A stretch of DNA of 62,643 nt, filler included. It is 8 parts of 8 records of this genome, joined end to end, with 100 filler letters (N's around TTAATTAATTAA, not from the genome) between each part and the next. Parts side by side here need not be neighbours in the genome. Positions count along the whole stretch, not along the records: positions 48,968 to 54,626 come from SRR2962707_5429; positions 54,727 to 62,643 come from SRR2962707_5438; 6 more parts are not named here. One strand, 5' to 3'. Below the pieces are notes generated by a model. It was not told where the DNA came from. It was given only the letters and a program-made list of their open reading frames with translations, and ran no database searches. Both the position numbers and the translations under genes were made by a program. Each line of letters starts with the position of its first letter. Position 1 is the first letter of the stretch. Shown piece by piece: positions 52,001-61,823 of this stretch.

Positions 52001-53517
52001 AAACTGGACGCCTGAGTGCCAGGCGTCCCAATTTGCAGAATCAACCTGCTTTGGAAAAGGACATTTACCTCATCCGCGACGCTTTTCATGCGGTGCGCTG
52101 CGGCCTCGCTTTGTAGTAATTGTGAAGTCTCGCTTGACCATGTGGTGCGCGTGCCGTTTGCATTGGGTTTCATTTTTTTGCGCTGAGCTTGCGTCGGTGA
52201 TGTCTTTGTTCAGGCGGAAGGCAAGAAACTGATCGTTGCTGATTACGGTCAGCTGGAATTGCGAATCCTGGCACACATGACCAAGTGCAAGTCAATGATC
52301 GACGCATTCCACTTGGGTGGAGACTTTCACTCCCGCACTGCCATGGGAATGTACGTGTGGTCGGGGTCTGAGAGCGACGCAGTCTTGCTTGGCCATCAAG
52401 CGCAGCGCAACTCATGCGTATTTCGGCTGCTTTGCATTTTGCACAGGTATCCGCATGTCGCGGAAGCTGTAAACTCTGGGCGGGTTCTTTTGGAGCGGAC
52501 TGAGGGTTCGGACCCCAACACACCTCTGCTGAAGGACGAATTCGCTGTGGAGCGTCGAAAAGCCAAAGTCCTGAATTTTTCTATCGCCTATGGGAAAACA
52601 GCCCACGGCTTGGCCAAAGACTGGAAGGTATCGACGAAGGAGGCCCAAGAGACGCTGGACCGGTGGTTTGAAGACCGTCCGGAGGTCTGTTGCCACGACT
52701 GGGCAAAGCTGCGATGATGAATGGAGAAGAGTTGATGCACCGCGCTCATTGGTAACATCGCCCGCTGGCCCCTTGATAATCTTCACGAATGTTGCATGCG
52801 CATGCAGGTGAGGCAATGGCAGGCCGACGTCATCCGCAGAGCGCACGAGACGGGATACACACGCACCCTCATGGGGCGGTACCGCCACCTTCCCGATATT
52901 CGTGCAAAGAGCCGGTACGTGTGGCGTTAGGGTTTCTTTGACACTTTTGGCAGAGCGTGTGGCCCAACATGATGAGCCAATCCACCCATTTGTTTGCTTC
53001 CCCACCTGTGTGTAGATTCGCTCGCGGTCACTCGGAGCGCGCTGCAATCAACACTCCCATCCAAGGTGGCGCTGCGGACATTGTAATGAAGGTTTGTTAT
53101 GTTTTCTTGTTGGAAAAAAAGTGCGGCGCCGTGCACTGCCTACACACTGAATCGTCGCCATCTCTATTGCACGTGACGGTACACAGGCCATGCTGAAGTT
53201 GCAGGAGAATGAGTGGCTGCGTTCGCACGGCTGGCGTCAAATTTTGCAGATTCACGACGAAGTCATTCTGGAGGGCCCGGAGGAGTCGTCCGAGGAAGCG
53301 CTCGAGCGTGTCAAACAGGACATGATGTGCGTTGGTCTCCCAAAGGTGCCCATCGTTTGAGATGGGAGTCACGCTCAACTCTCCGCACACGCACGCGCGC
53401 GTTCGGTTGATCTGGTCGTTTTCTTCTCTTGCTGTTAGGTACCCGTTCGAAGCACCCCTGAGCGTGGAGCTGGTGGTTGATGGCAATTGCGAAAGGACGT
53501 GGTATGAAGCGAAGTAA
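49069..53517 (+). CDS. Organellar family A DNA polymerase (POP), about 17 exons, N-terminal targeting peptide
   Basis: Exonuclease motifs HACDTEV, VWHNYSFDRHV and FAGDTMHMGRLWD. Polymerase motifs TETGRLSARRPNLQNQP, LIVADYGQLELRILAH, RRKAKVLNFSIAYG, ERAAINTPIQG and QIHDEVILEGP, ending WYEAK. The presequence is Arg/Ser-rich. Confidence 0.93.
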
Positions 53518-53761
53518 AGTAACGTGTGCGCGAGCCCGTCCATCCGTTAAATAATACAAGAACTAGGGAGTTCGTTGGGCATTGCACTCACTCACGCCAC
53601 GTACCATCAGCGCGGCACGGAAAAAACAACAACACACATACATGACATACATCACAAAAAAGAAGCGAGGGTTGTGGTTGATGGTGGCAGATTGAGGTTA
53701 ATTAAACGGACGGCGAGCCAGAGCACTTTGGTGCTCAAGCAGTCCCAAAAGGTTGACCGCC

Positions 53762-54436
53762 TTACTGGGCGCCAGCGAGGTTCTGGCTGGCCTTGTCCTC
53801 CTTGCGGGCACGGGCGGCCTTGGCGCGGGCCTTCTTCTGCTCGGCAAGGTCCTTGAGCGCCTTCTCGGCGGCCTTCTCTGCCTTCATCTTGTGGACAGCC
53901 TCCATGAGCTGCTTCTTGGTCTTGTACTTGTTACCCTTGCAGGCGAGGTACAAGCGGTGGTACCTAACCCAAGAGTCCGTTGGACGAGAAGAAAACAGAG
54001 AAAGATGCAGCAACAGACAGGTAAGATCAAATCGCACAACTTCATTCCAGACGGCCACAGTGCTGTGCATCGTGTTGACAGAGGCATGACCAACACCACC
54101 GTCACGGAAGCGGGCATCCATACATCCATCCATCCACTCAACGTACGTGTGCTTGTCGATCTTCTGGGCGTCGCGGTACTTGCGGATCATGCGGCGAAGG
54201 ATGCGAAGGCGGCGCATGAAGACAACCTTGACTGGAAGGCGGGCATCACGGGCACCACGGCGCTTGCCGAAACCGGTGTGGCGGCCCTTTGCCTTGGCCT
54301 CGAGGCGGCGCTGGACGCGGCTGCGGGAGTGGATGACGTTGGGCTTGCGGAGGACAAATCCGTCCTTCACGAGCTTGCGCACGTTCTGGCGCGAGTTGGC
54401 CATGGAGATTTCGCTGACCTCATTGGGGTCGAGCCA
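53762..54436 (-). CDS. RPL19: 60S ribosomal protein eL19 (first exon beyond contig end)
   Basis: [40 protein letters not shown] and [17 protein letters not shown]. Intron at 53964-54146. Confidence 0.96.
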   Translation of the reverse strand, partial: WLDPNEVSEISMANSRQNVRKLVKDGFVLRKPNVIHSRSRVQRRLEAKAKGRHTGFGKRRGARDARLPVKVVFMRRLRILRRMIRKYRDAQKIDKHTYVEWMDGCMDARFRDGGVGHASVNTMHSTVAVWNEVVRFDLTCLLLHLSLFSSRPTDSWVRYHRLYLACKGNKYKTKKQLMEAVHKMKAEKAAEKALKDLAEQKKARAKAARARKEDKASQNLAGAQ

Positions 54437-54602
54437 CTGGAAAGACAGGAAGCGAGAAAACAAGAAATCCAAAGGCCGTTGCACAAAGAGACATGCAGAC
54501 ATAGAGTACAACAAGGGCAGACCAAATCACAACAGCACACACACACAGACAGAGAACAGAAAGCGTGAGCACCGAATCGGTCAAGAGATTTCAAAGGAGT
54601 TT

Positions 54603-54626
54603 CACACACACACACACACACACACA
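54603..54626 (+). repeat. (CA)n microsatellite at contig end, inside an RPL19 intron
   Basis: Twelve CA units. Confidence 0.9.
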
Positions 54627-54726
54627 NNNNNNNNNNNNNNNNNNNNNNNNNNNNNNNNNNNNNNNNNNNNTTAATTAATTAANNNNNNNNNNNNNNNNNN
54701 NNNNNNNNNNNNNNNNNNNNNNNNNN
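54627..54726. other. Artificial contig-joining spacer 7
   Basis: Same N44-TTAATTAATTAA-N44 structure. Confidence 0.99.
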
Positions 54727-54727
54727 C

Positions 54728-54808
54728 TTCAAGCTGATCTTTTTCGTGCTGGTCGATGGCTGGTATCTGGTCGCAGGCTCGCTGGTGCGCAGCTTTTCCA
54801 GCGGCTAG
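54728..54808 (+). CDS. fliP: Flagellar export protein FliP, C-terminal fragment
   Basis: FKLIFFVLVDGWYLVAGSLVRSF is the conserved FliP C-terminus. Confidence 0.9.
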   Translation, partial: FKLIFFVLVDGWYLVAGSLVRSFSSG

Positions 54809-57800
54809 CCGGCGCTGCCCAGGCCAGTACTGGTTTCCGACGCCACCATGGGCGCCAACGCGCCATCCGCGCCATAGGTATCGCGATAGGACGCCAGGAA
54901 TGAGTTTATGCCGTCCACGCCCGACACCTGATTGGCGACGGTTTTGAACTCCAGGCTCGTAACCTCGATATTGCCGGTCACCAGATCAAACATCGGCCAT
55001 TCTGGCGACGTCACCATGGCGTCACCGAATTTGGACCGCAGACGCGATAGCCCCAGCCTGTCATTGGCGAGCACGAAACCAACCGCCGCGCGGATCACGC
55101 CCATCCGGGCCGGCTGGCTTAGGGCCGCCTTGGTTTCAGGGTCAGAATACAGCGCCTCGATCATTTCGCTGGCTTCGGTATAGCGGCGTGCCTTCCAGTG
55201 CGCATCAATGCGCAGCAATGTCACATCGCGGCCATCCAGATCGCGCACCAGATCCAGGCCAAGCTGGTCACGGCCGCCATCAATCATCGCCCGCGCTTCC
55301 AGTATCCGACGCTGACGCGCCAGAGAATCGGGAATATTGGGCACCCGAGTGGCGTTAAGCACGCGCAGGGCATCCTGTGGCTTGCGGTCGGCCAGATAGA
55401 TCACGGCGAGATCTGCAGCAATCTGCGTCTTGGCGATGCCACGCAGGCGATTGTCCAGCTGATATTCGAGCAGCTCAGCGGCCTGAGACAGCAGATCGAC
55501 ACGCACCAGGCGACGCGCCAGATTGCGGATCATCTCATCACCACGCGCGCCCGGCGGGGTCAACTGGCGGAAGTCGTAATAGAGTCCCAGCGCATCCACG
55601 GGGCCTAGCGAATCTGCGACGCCATTGAGGAACAGCTCGCTGAACATGCTCTGGGCTTCATCGCGCAGGCCGTTGATCGGCGGGCTTTCCGGATAGTTCG
55701 CCACGGCCTGTTTGACCGTTTCAAAACCCAGGCGATAGTCGCCATTGCGGAAATACAGCTCTGCCAGCAGCTTTTGCATGTCCGCTTCGAGCGGATTACC
55801 GCGCCACAGCAGCGATTCAGCCGACAGAGTCTCGGTGGCCTTGGCCAAGTTCAGCTTGCCCGCATCATCGAGCAGGCGCAGCGTACGGTAGATGGCTTCT
55901 GCGCGTGTCGGCCGAATGTCGGCAGCAATCACCTGACCGTAGGTATCGATCGCCTCATTGATACGGCCTTCGGCCTCGTCAATGCGACCCGACAGCAGGT
56001 GAAACAGGCTGCTATCCTCGGAATCCAGCCCCGAGAAATCAATCTTGGCCATCAGGCGTTCGGCCATGTTGGCGTCGCCGACTTCGATGGCCGAGCGAAT
56101 GGCGGAGAAATAGAAGCGGTTGCGCACCCAGGTCGGGTAGCCGTCGACCACAGACTGCGCTTCCAGCGCATCGCTCTTGGCACCCTTGAAGTCATAATTC
56201 TCGGCCCGCGCAATGGTGCGCCACACCAGTGCGTCGACCTCCTGCCCCATTGTGGGCGTGTTCAATATCCGCAAGGCATCGCGTGGACGGTTCGCAATCG
56301 TGTCTGCAATCGCCAGTGAGAGGCGCACCTTGCGCGTCAGATCGGTTGATTTGAGATCCTTTTCGAGAACCTCAAGCACACCGACCGCCTCCAGCGCAAA
56401 GCGGTTGGCGATGAAGTACTGCGCCAGATCAAGACGGGCCTGATCGCGTTCGGGGCCTTCGGCATTGGCGGCCGCAGACAGCAGGTTCTGCCGCTCCTCG
56501 GCGAACAGACCGAAATCGGGCTGTTCCATGCGCTCGAGATCAACAAAACCGCTGCGCATCGCTTCGGTAATGCCATTGCCGATCGAACGCGGACCATCAA
56601 TCGCCGAGACCGTCAATCCACCCTGAACGGCAAGGACCGCAAGATCATTCTCGATCGTGACGTTCAGATCGTCGATCTCTGGCCTGACCACCAGGCCGTG
56701 CACACTGCGCAAGGCAGAAAATTCAACATAGTCCAGCGTGCGTGTCAGTCCCCGCGCGGGCGGGAACGCTGTCACGACCTTGAGCACATCGCCGACATTG
56801 GGGTCACGGAAGTCGTGCACGCGAGCAGGCCGGGCCACATTGGCGACCATCTCGAAATCGCCCTCGACATCGCGGCGACGGTTCAACTCGATCGGCTCGG
56901 TCGGCGTCAGCATGATATCGCCCAAAGACAGCACCCAGGCCATGCCTTCCGAGCCCAACGTTGCCAGACGGTCATCCGACAATTCCACTCGCACCACCTG
57001 CGTATCGCCGGAAGCGACAACAGCAAATTCACGGGCCAGCGTATCGAGCTCATCCGACTGCGCCGGTGGGGCAATGCCCGAGACGGTGTCGAACATCATC
57101 CAGACCGTATTACCCCGCCGGAACACGGCAGCCGGCGTGTCCTGCTCGAACGGGAAAACAACCCGCACAGTCGAGCCCAGCACATTGACGAAGGGCGTTA
57201 CCGTTTTGGCAGCCGATTGCGGGTACAACATGCCAACCAGAGGGTCGCTGGAATCGCCGTGCTCAGCGCCATGATCCTGCTTTGAAATGCCGTCCGCCAG
57301 TGTGGCCGCGTCAAAGCTGGGCAGACCAACCCCGGCAATATCGATGTCCAGAATGTATTGTCGCGGCGAGTTCTCATAAAAGCGCGGCTTGATGCCTTCT
57401 GCCAACTGCAGCGTGACCGTCGAGCCATCGGGGTTAACGGCACTTTCGACGGCCAGCAGTTCGGGCGGTAAGTCGATGGCCAAATCGCGCAGATCGATCC
57501 CGACCGGCCATTCGAAGCCGATCATCCCCATATCCCCTTCCTGGACATAGGCACCCGTCGTGGGAACCGACCAGTCGAACTGCACCCGCAGGAATGTCGG
57601 ATTACGCCCAATGCGCACACTGGCCTGTGGATTGAATTCAACCACACCGGCGGCCTTGCGGTCCTGCTCTGCACGGATGGCGGCCAGACGCGCCCGCTCG
57701 GCCAGCTCATCGATAACGTTTTGCGGCAAAGCGGGCGGTTGCCCCTGCCAGTTGGGCGGCAGCAGATCGATATAAAGCTTCTCGCCCGCTTCAATACGAT

Positions 57801-58188
57801 TGAAACTGAAGCCGGACCGCAGCCCCATGCGCAGGCCACGCCCGTCCGGGTCTACGCGCGCCACCGACAGATAGTCAGGCATGGTGGTGCTGACATCGGG
57901 CAGAATGACGGAAATGGGCTCGACGAACTCAAGCGAGAGCACGCCGTTTTCGATTCGCATGGAATAGTCAGGCAGTGTATTGCGGCTCGGAAAGCTCAGG
58001 ATAATGCGGCCATAGCCGTCTTCCTGCGTACCCAGCAACTGGCCCTGCTCGACAGCGAATACAGGCGCAACAAGGCCCAGCACTGACAGCGCAGCCAAAA
58101 GTGCCAAGGTCTTTTTGACCTTGAGCAAGCCTGCTTGGATAGCGGTCTTCACCGGCTTCTGCCCGCCCGACGCAAAGCGCGTACTCAA
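54805..58188 (-). CDS. Large periplasmic TPR-repeat flagellar motor accessory protein (MotK/MotC-like)
   Basis: Signal peptide, beta-rich N-terminal half and a TPR-like helical C-terminal half. It lies downstream of the motE-like gene in a flagellar cluster. The start is uncertain. Confidence 0.75.
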   Translation of the reverse strand: MSTRFASGGQKPVKTAIQAGLLKVKKTLALLAALSVLGLVAPVFAVEQGQLLGTQEDGYGRIILSFPSRNTLPDYSMRIENGVLSLEFVEPISVILPDVSTTMPDYLSVARVDPDGRGLRMGLRSGFSFNRIEAGEKLYIDLLPPNWQGQPPALPQNVIDELAERARLAAIRAEQDRKAAGVVEFNPQASVRIGRNPTFLRVQFDWSVPTTGAYVQEGDMGMIGFEWPVGIDLRDLAIDLPPELLAVESAVNPDGSTVTLQLAEGIKPRFYENSPRQYILDIDIAGVGLPSFDAATLADGISKQDHGAEHGDSSDPLVGMLYPQSAAKTVTPFVNVLGSTVRVVFPFEQDTPAAVFRRGNTVWMMFDTVSGIAPPAQSDELDTLAREFAVVASGDTQVVRVELSDDRLATLGSEGMAWVLSLGDIMLTPTEPIELNRRRDVEGDFEMVANVARPARVHDFRDPNVGDVLKVVTAFPPARGLTRTLDYVEFSALRSVHGLVVRPEIDDLNVTIENDLAVLAVQGGLTVSAIDGPRSIGNGITEAMRSGFVDLERMEQPDFGLFAEERQNLLSAAANAEGPERDQARLDLAQYFIANRFALEAVGVLEVLEKDLKSTDLTRKVRLSLAIADTIANRPRDALRILNTPTMGQEVDALVWRTIARAENYDFKGAKSDALEAQSVVDGYPTWVRNRFYFSAIRSAIEVGDANMAERLMAKIDFSGLDSEDSSLFHLLSGRIDEAEGRINEAIDTYGQVIAADIRPTRAEAIYRTLRLLDDAGKLNLAKATETLSAESLLWRGNPLEADMQKLLAELYFRNGDYRLGFETVKQAVANYPESPPINGLRDEAQSMFSELFLNGVADSLGPVDALGLYYDFRQLTPPGARGDEMIRNLARRLVRVDLLSQAAELLEYQLDNRLRGIAKTQIAADLAVIYLADRKPQDALRVLNATRVPNIPDSLARQRRILEARAMIDGGRDQLGLDLVRDLDGRDVTLLRIDAHWKARRYTEASEMIEALYSDPETKAALSQPARMGVIRAAVGFVLANDRLGLSRLRSKFGDAMVTSPEWPMFDLVTGNIEVTSLEFKTVANQVSGVDGINSFLASYRDTYGADGALAPMVASETSTGLGSAG

Positions 58189-58259
58189 AGGCCAATTTCT
58201 AGGCCGGCAATACGCGCGGGTTACACAATACTCGTATCCTGCACCCTAGCGGGATGGGC

Positions 58260-58274
58260 TTAACGGCCCCTTAC
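58260..58274 (-). promoter_or_regulatory. CtrA-box candidate upstream of the TPR gene
   Basis: TTAA-cggcccc-TTAC (TTAA-N7-TTAA with one mismatch). Confidence 0.55.
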
Positions 58275-58290
58275 TCTGTCAGGCAAAGCC

Positions 58291-59439
58291 TTATTGACCG
58301 ACGATCTGCGGCAGGGCGGCCAAAGCATCCGGTGTCATCTCCGACGCAGGCCGGTCCGCAAGCGCCGCCATCTCCACCGTCAGCTCCTGCGCCCGGGCCG
58401 TATCCATCACAGCCAGAATGGGTGCCATCTTGCGCGGGCTCATGGTCTTGGCGACCCGCAGCAGCACGTTCATGTCCAGATTGTTGAAGATGTTGGCCGC
58501 GTCCTTGGGCTTCATCGTTTCATACATGGCCACGATGCCAGCAAACTGCCCAGCCTCCATCTCTTCGCGCTGATCGACCAGGCTAGAGATTTGCGCTTCA
58601 AGTGCAGACAGCGTGGCCGCACGCTCTTCGATGCGTTTTTCAGCGGCGTCGACGATTGAGGAGCGCAGGGAAAGATCGTCTTCGTATTTCTGCAGCTCAT
58701 CGCGCCGCGCAGCCAGCCGCTGCAGCAGCAATTGCTCCGTTTCGGATGCCGCATCAGTCGACATCAGCGGCACCACGCCACCCTTGCCGTCAATCAGCAG
58801 CGGCACTGCATCACCTGATGGCAGGCAGTCAGCCATGGATTCAGCAAACACCGGCATTGGATCGCCACTGCGCGGGGCTATTTCAGGTTCTGCGCTGCCG
58901 CCATGCCCATCGCCCGCAGCCGCCGCAGCGTCCGAAGCTGGGTTGATGATCACATTGCCTTCAGCATCGATGGCAGCATCGGAATCCACGCAATACGTAT
59001 CTTTGCTGCCGTCGACACCATGGCTCGCGTCATTGCTCAGATCGTGATCGGCAGCCAGTGTCTCGCTGGTTGCTTCGTGATCGTCAGCAGCCGCGTCGCC
59101 GTGATCGCCTTCGGCGGCAGGCTCTTCACCATGGCCGCCCGCTGGAGCAGCTGCCGCACCGTGGCCGCCCGCTTCGCTCTGCTGACCCATGGTCGGCGAA
59201 GGATCCGCCATTGTCGGGCTGGTATCTTGCAGTGTGGGCTCCTGCGGCAGCGTCAGAGTGGCGTCGGATTCGGTAACATTGCCCCCTTCCCCGCCGCCAC
59301 CGCCGCCGCCGCCCGCGGCCTGTACGGTGCGCACACCTGTCAGCACGTAGCCGCCATTGGTGACAAGACCGACGGTCTTGAGCACCAGAAGCGCCGCAAT
59401 GGCGAAGACGACAACGGGTAACAGGCGGATATTTGTCAC
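58291..59439 (-). CDS. motE: MotE-family flagellar protein
   Basis: N-terminal IRLLPVV..LLVLK anchor, coiled coil, and MYETMKPKDAANIF..MSPRKMAPILAVMD..AQELT (MgtE-N-like). Confidence 0.88.
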   Translation of the reverse strand: MTNIRLLPVVVFAIAALLVLKTVGLVTNGGYVLTGVRTVQAAGGGGGGGGEGGNVTESDATLTLPQEPTLQDTSPTMADPSPTMGQQSEAGGHGAAAAPAGGHGEEPAAEGDHGDAAADDHEATSETLAADHDLSNDASHGVDGSKDTYCVDSDAAIDAEGNVIINPASDAAAAAGDGHGGSAEPEIAPRSGDPMPVFAESMADCLPSGDAVPLLIDGKGGVVPLMSTDAASETEQLLLQRLAARRDELQKYEDDLSLRSSIVDAAEKRIEERAATLSALEAQISSLVDQREEMEAGQFAGIVAMYETMKPKDAANIFNNLDMNVLLRVAKTMSPRKMAPILAVMDTARAQELTVEMAALADRPASEMTPDALAALPQIVGQ

Positions 59440-59867
59440 GCAGCGGCTCCTCGGGTACGGACGCGAGATTGCAACTGCTCAAGCGCCGACTGCACCTTGT
59501 TGGGCTGCTCGACAGGCTCGATGGTCTGGCTGTGCCGCGCCACGCTGGTGATCTTGACGATCCGCTCCATCAATACCGTACCGGCATTGACGTGATTGGC
59601 CAGCTCGACACCAAAGCGCTCGGCTTCTTCCAGTCGTGAGTTCAGCGACAGATCCGCTTCCACCGCGGTCTGTTTGAGTTCCTTGATGGCCTGATTGGCC
59701 AGGTTGGTGGCCCCGACAAGGTCCGCCACCATCTGGCGCATCTCGTCCTTATCGGCGTGAAGCCGCTTCAGCCGCTGGTTGAGAACGACGCAATATCCGA
59801 TTGTCAGTGCCAGCAAAACGGCGACTGCACTTTCCACGAACAGTCCTAGGGGCAAGCCGAACATCAT
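59436..59867 (-). CDS. Bitopic coiled-coil protein (DUF6468 / PflI-like)
   Basis: N-terminal TM then LNQRLKRLHAD coiled coil. It sits between fliM and motE with overlapping start and stop codons. Confidence 0.75.
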   Translation of the reverse strand: MMFGLPLGLFVESAVAVLLALTIGYCVVLNQRLKRLHADKDEMRQMVADLVGATNLANQAIKELKQTAVEADLSLNSRLEEAERFGVELANHVNAGTVLMERIVKITSVARHSQTIEPVEQPNKVQSALEQLQSRVRTRGAAA

Positions 59868-61036
59868 CGTCCTTCCAGTTTTTCATCAATCGCCTCAAAG
59901 GCTTCCATAGTCACCTTCGGCGGATTCAAGGGGCGCGTAACCCGCACCGATACGTGGTTGCCGATATGGCCCATGATGGCTTCAGTCAGCTCGACGTCGC
60001 CGCAGCGCAGCCGAACCGGATCGCTGGGCGAGCGCTCGAACATCAGCGTGTCACCCGGCTGCATAGTCATCATCTTGGAAAGGGGCACATTCTGCTCGTG
60101 CAGTACGGCCTCGACATCGACTTCCGCGGAATAGATTTCAGTTGCCAGATGGCCTTCCCAGATCGGGTCACGGCCAAATTTTTCACCCATGAACATCTGC
60201 AACAGCTGTTCACGGATCGGCTCGATGGTGGCGTAGGGCAGCAGGATTTCAATCTTGCCGCCGCGATCGTCCATTTCGATGCGCAGCTCGATCAGTATCG
60301 CGGCATTGCCCGGGCGCGAAATCGCTGCAAACCGCGGATTGGTTTCCATGCGTTCAAGCTTGAAATTCACATTGGTCACGGGCTCGAACGCCCGATGGGT
60401 ATCATCCAGGATCACTTCGATCATCCGCCGCGCCAGCGCCAGCTCGATTGTCGTATAAGGACGACCCTCAACCCGGATATTGCCGCCAATACGGCGGCCG
60501 CCCAGCAGCACGTCGATCATCGAATAGATCAGACTGGAATCGACGGTCAGCAGCCCGTAATTCTCCCATTCCTCTGCCTTGATCACCGACAGGATGGCGG
60601 GCAGCGGAATGGAGTTCAGATAATCGCCGAAGCGAACCGAAGAAATGGAATCCAGCGTCACTTCCACATTGTCGGAAGTGAAATTGCGCAGGCTTGTCGT
60701 CGTCAACCGCACAAGGCGGTCAAAGACGATTTCGAGCATGGGCAGGCGTTCATAGCTGACCAGCGCCGAGTTGATCAGCGCCTGAACGCCCGTCAGCTCA
60801 ACATTACTGCCCACGCTGGCGTCAAAGCCCAGCAGACTGTCAATTTCATCCTGATTGAGGACGCGGTCAGGACCGCCCTCCCCGTCGCCGGTATCGCCTT
60901 CGAGCATTGCCGCCCATTCGGCAGCGGCCTCGGCGGCCTTCTCTTCTTCAGTCTGCTCAGCGCCATCCACCGGGACAATGGTATCGTCCACGTTCCAGTC
61001 ATCGCTGAGTTTGTCCTGATCGCTGGGCTCTGCCAT
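59864..61036 (-). CDS. fliM: Flagellar motor switch protein FliM
   Basis: RVLNQDEIDSLLG CheY-binding motif, YERLPMLEIVFDRL, EGRPYTTIE and ETNPRFAAI. Confidence 0.97.
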   Translation of the reverse strand: MAEPSDQDKLSDDWNVDDTIVPVDGAEQTEEEKAAEAAAEWAAMLEGDTGDGEGGPDRVLNQDEIDSLLGFDASVGSNVELTGVQALINSALVSYERLPMLEIVFDRLVRLTTTSLRNFTSDNVEVTLDSISSVRFGDYLNSIPLPAILSVIKAEEWENYGLLTVDSSLIYSMIDVLLGGRRIGGNIRVEGRPYTTIELALARRMIEVILDDTHRAFEPVTNVNFKLERMETNPRFAAISRPGNAAILIELRIEMDDRGGKIEILLPYATIEPIREQLLQMFMGEKFGRDPIWEGHLATEIYSAEVDVEAVLHEQNVPLSKMMTMQPGDTLMFERSPSDPVRLRCGDVELTEAIMGHIGNHVSVRVTRPLNPPKVTMEAFEAIDEKLEGR

Positions 61037-61539
61037 TACTGTACCAGGATTTCCTTGAACAGCACCGACTCCACCCGAGATGGGTAGATTGCCACGTTCA
61101 CGCGACGCAAGAGCTCTTCCTTGAGGCGATACACACCGGCAGATCCCTCCAGATCGGACTTGCGCAGCTCGCGCAGGTAAACCTGAAACGCATCGACCAC
61201 CTTGGCCATGCGCGGCTGGATTTCCAGCATCATCTCTTCATTGGCCACTTCGAGCGCGACGGTCAGCTTCATAAATGCTTCGCCATCAGCCTCATTGTTG
61301 AGGTTGATGATCATGGGCGGCAGGTTGAAGATAAAGGTATGGGCGGCTTCGATCGTGCCGCCATGACCGTCGTCGGCCTCACCGGCATGCTCGGCCTCCG
61401 CTGTCCCCTGGGACAGGAAGAAGAATGCCCCGGCGCCGCCCAACAGGACGACGATGGCAGCAGCACCTATGATGATAAAGAGCTTCGGGATCCCCTTCTT
61501 GGGGGCCGCGCCGTCTTCGATTTCCGCATCAGTGGCCAT
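61036..61539 (-). CDS. fliL: Flagellar basal body protein FliL
   Basis: TM helix, then PPMIINL, YLRELRKSDLEGSAGVYRLKEELLRRVN and VLFKEILVQ. ATG at 61539. Confidence 0.95.
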   Translation of the reverse strand: MATDAEIEDGAAPKKGIPKLFIIIGAAAIVVLLGGAGAFFFLSQGTAEAEHAGEADDGHGGTIEAAHTFIFNLPPMIINLNNEADGEAFMKLTVALEVANEEMMLEIQPRMAKVVDAFQVYLRELRKSDLEGSAGVYRLKEELLRRVNVAIYPSRVESVLFKEILVQ

Positions 61540-61605
61540 TGCGCACCTGCCAAACTCAAGGTTTCCCGGGCGATTCCGGTTATTCACCAGCTAAGCGCCC
61601 GATGG

Positions 61606-61620
61606 TTAACGAAAGGTTAC
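61606..61620 (-). promoter_or_regulatory. CtrA-box candidate of the fliL-fliM promoter
   Basis: TTAA-cgaaagg-TTAC upstream of fliL. Confidence 0.65.
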
Positions 61621-61634
61621 AAAAACACCCAAAG

Positions 61635-61663
61635 CGGCAGATATTGCCGGGTAAGTTTTGCCG
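61635..61663. promoter_or_regulatory. ftr-like (FlbD enhancer) elements
   Basis: CGGCA-gatat-TGCCG and the adjacent CGGGTAAGTTTTGCCG lie about 90 nt upstream of a sigma54 promoter. Confidence 0.65.
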
Positions 61664-61738
61664 CCCTCGGCAAGCATGCGCTGACAACACCTATCCATCG
61701 ATACAGCTATCTGTCTGATTTTATTAAAATTTCCGGCT

Positions 61739-61754
61739 TGGCATGGTTTCTGCA
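61739..61754 (+). promoter_or_regulatory. Sigma54 promoter of flgF-flgG
   Basis: TGGCATGgtttCTGCA has the GG-N10-GC spacing. Confidence 0.75.
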
Positions 61755-61823
61755 GTGTAAACGGCGAGACCATCGGCTTGGGGAAGCAGGCGGTCTCGGG
61801 GAAGTTAACACCGGGGATCAGCA

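Noticed and set aside
53964..54146. Box C/D snoRNA inside the RPL19 intron
   Set aside because: There is no RTGATGA or CTGA box on the sense strand. An H/ACA RNA cannot be assessed by eye.
59801..61087. 428-aa plus-strand ORF opposite fliM (likewise 41959..42888 and 46247..47311 opposite real genes)
   Set aside because: They are antisense to well-supported genes and have no recognisable domain.
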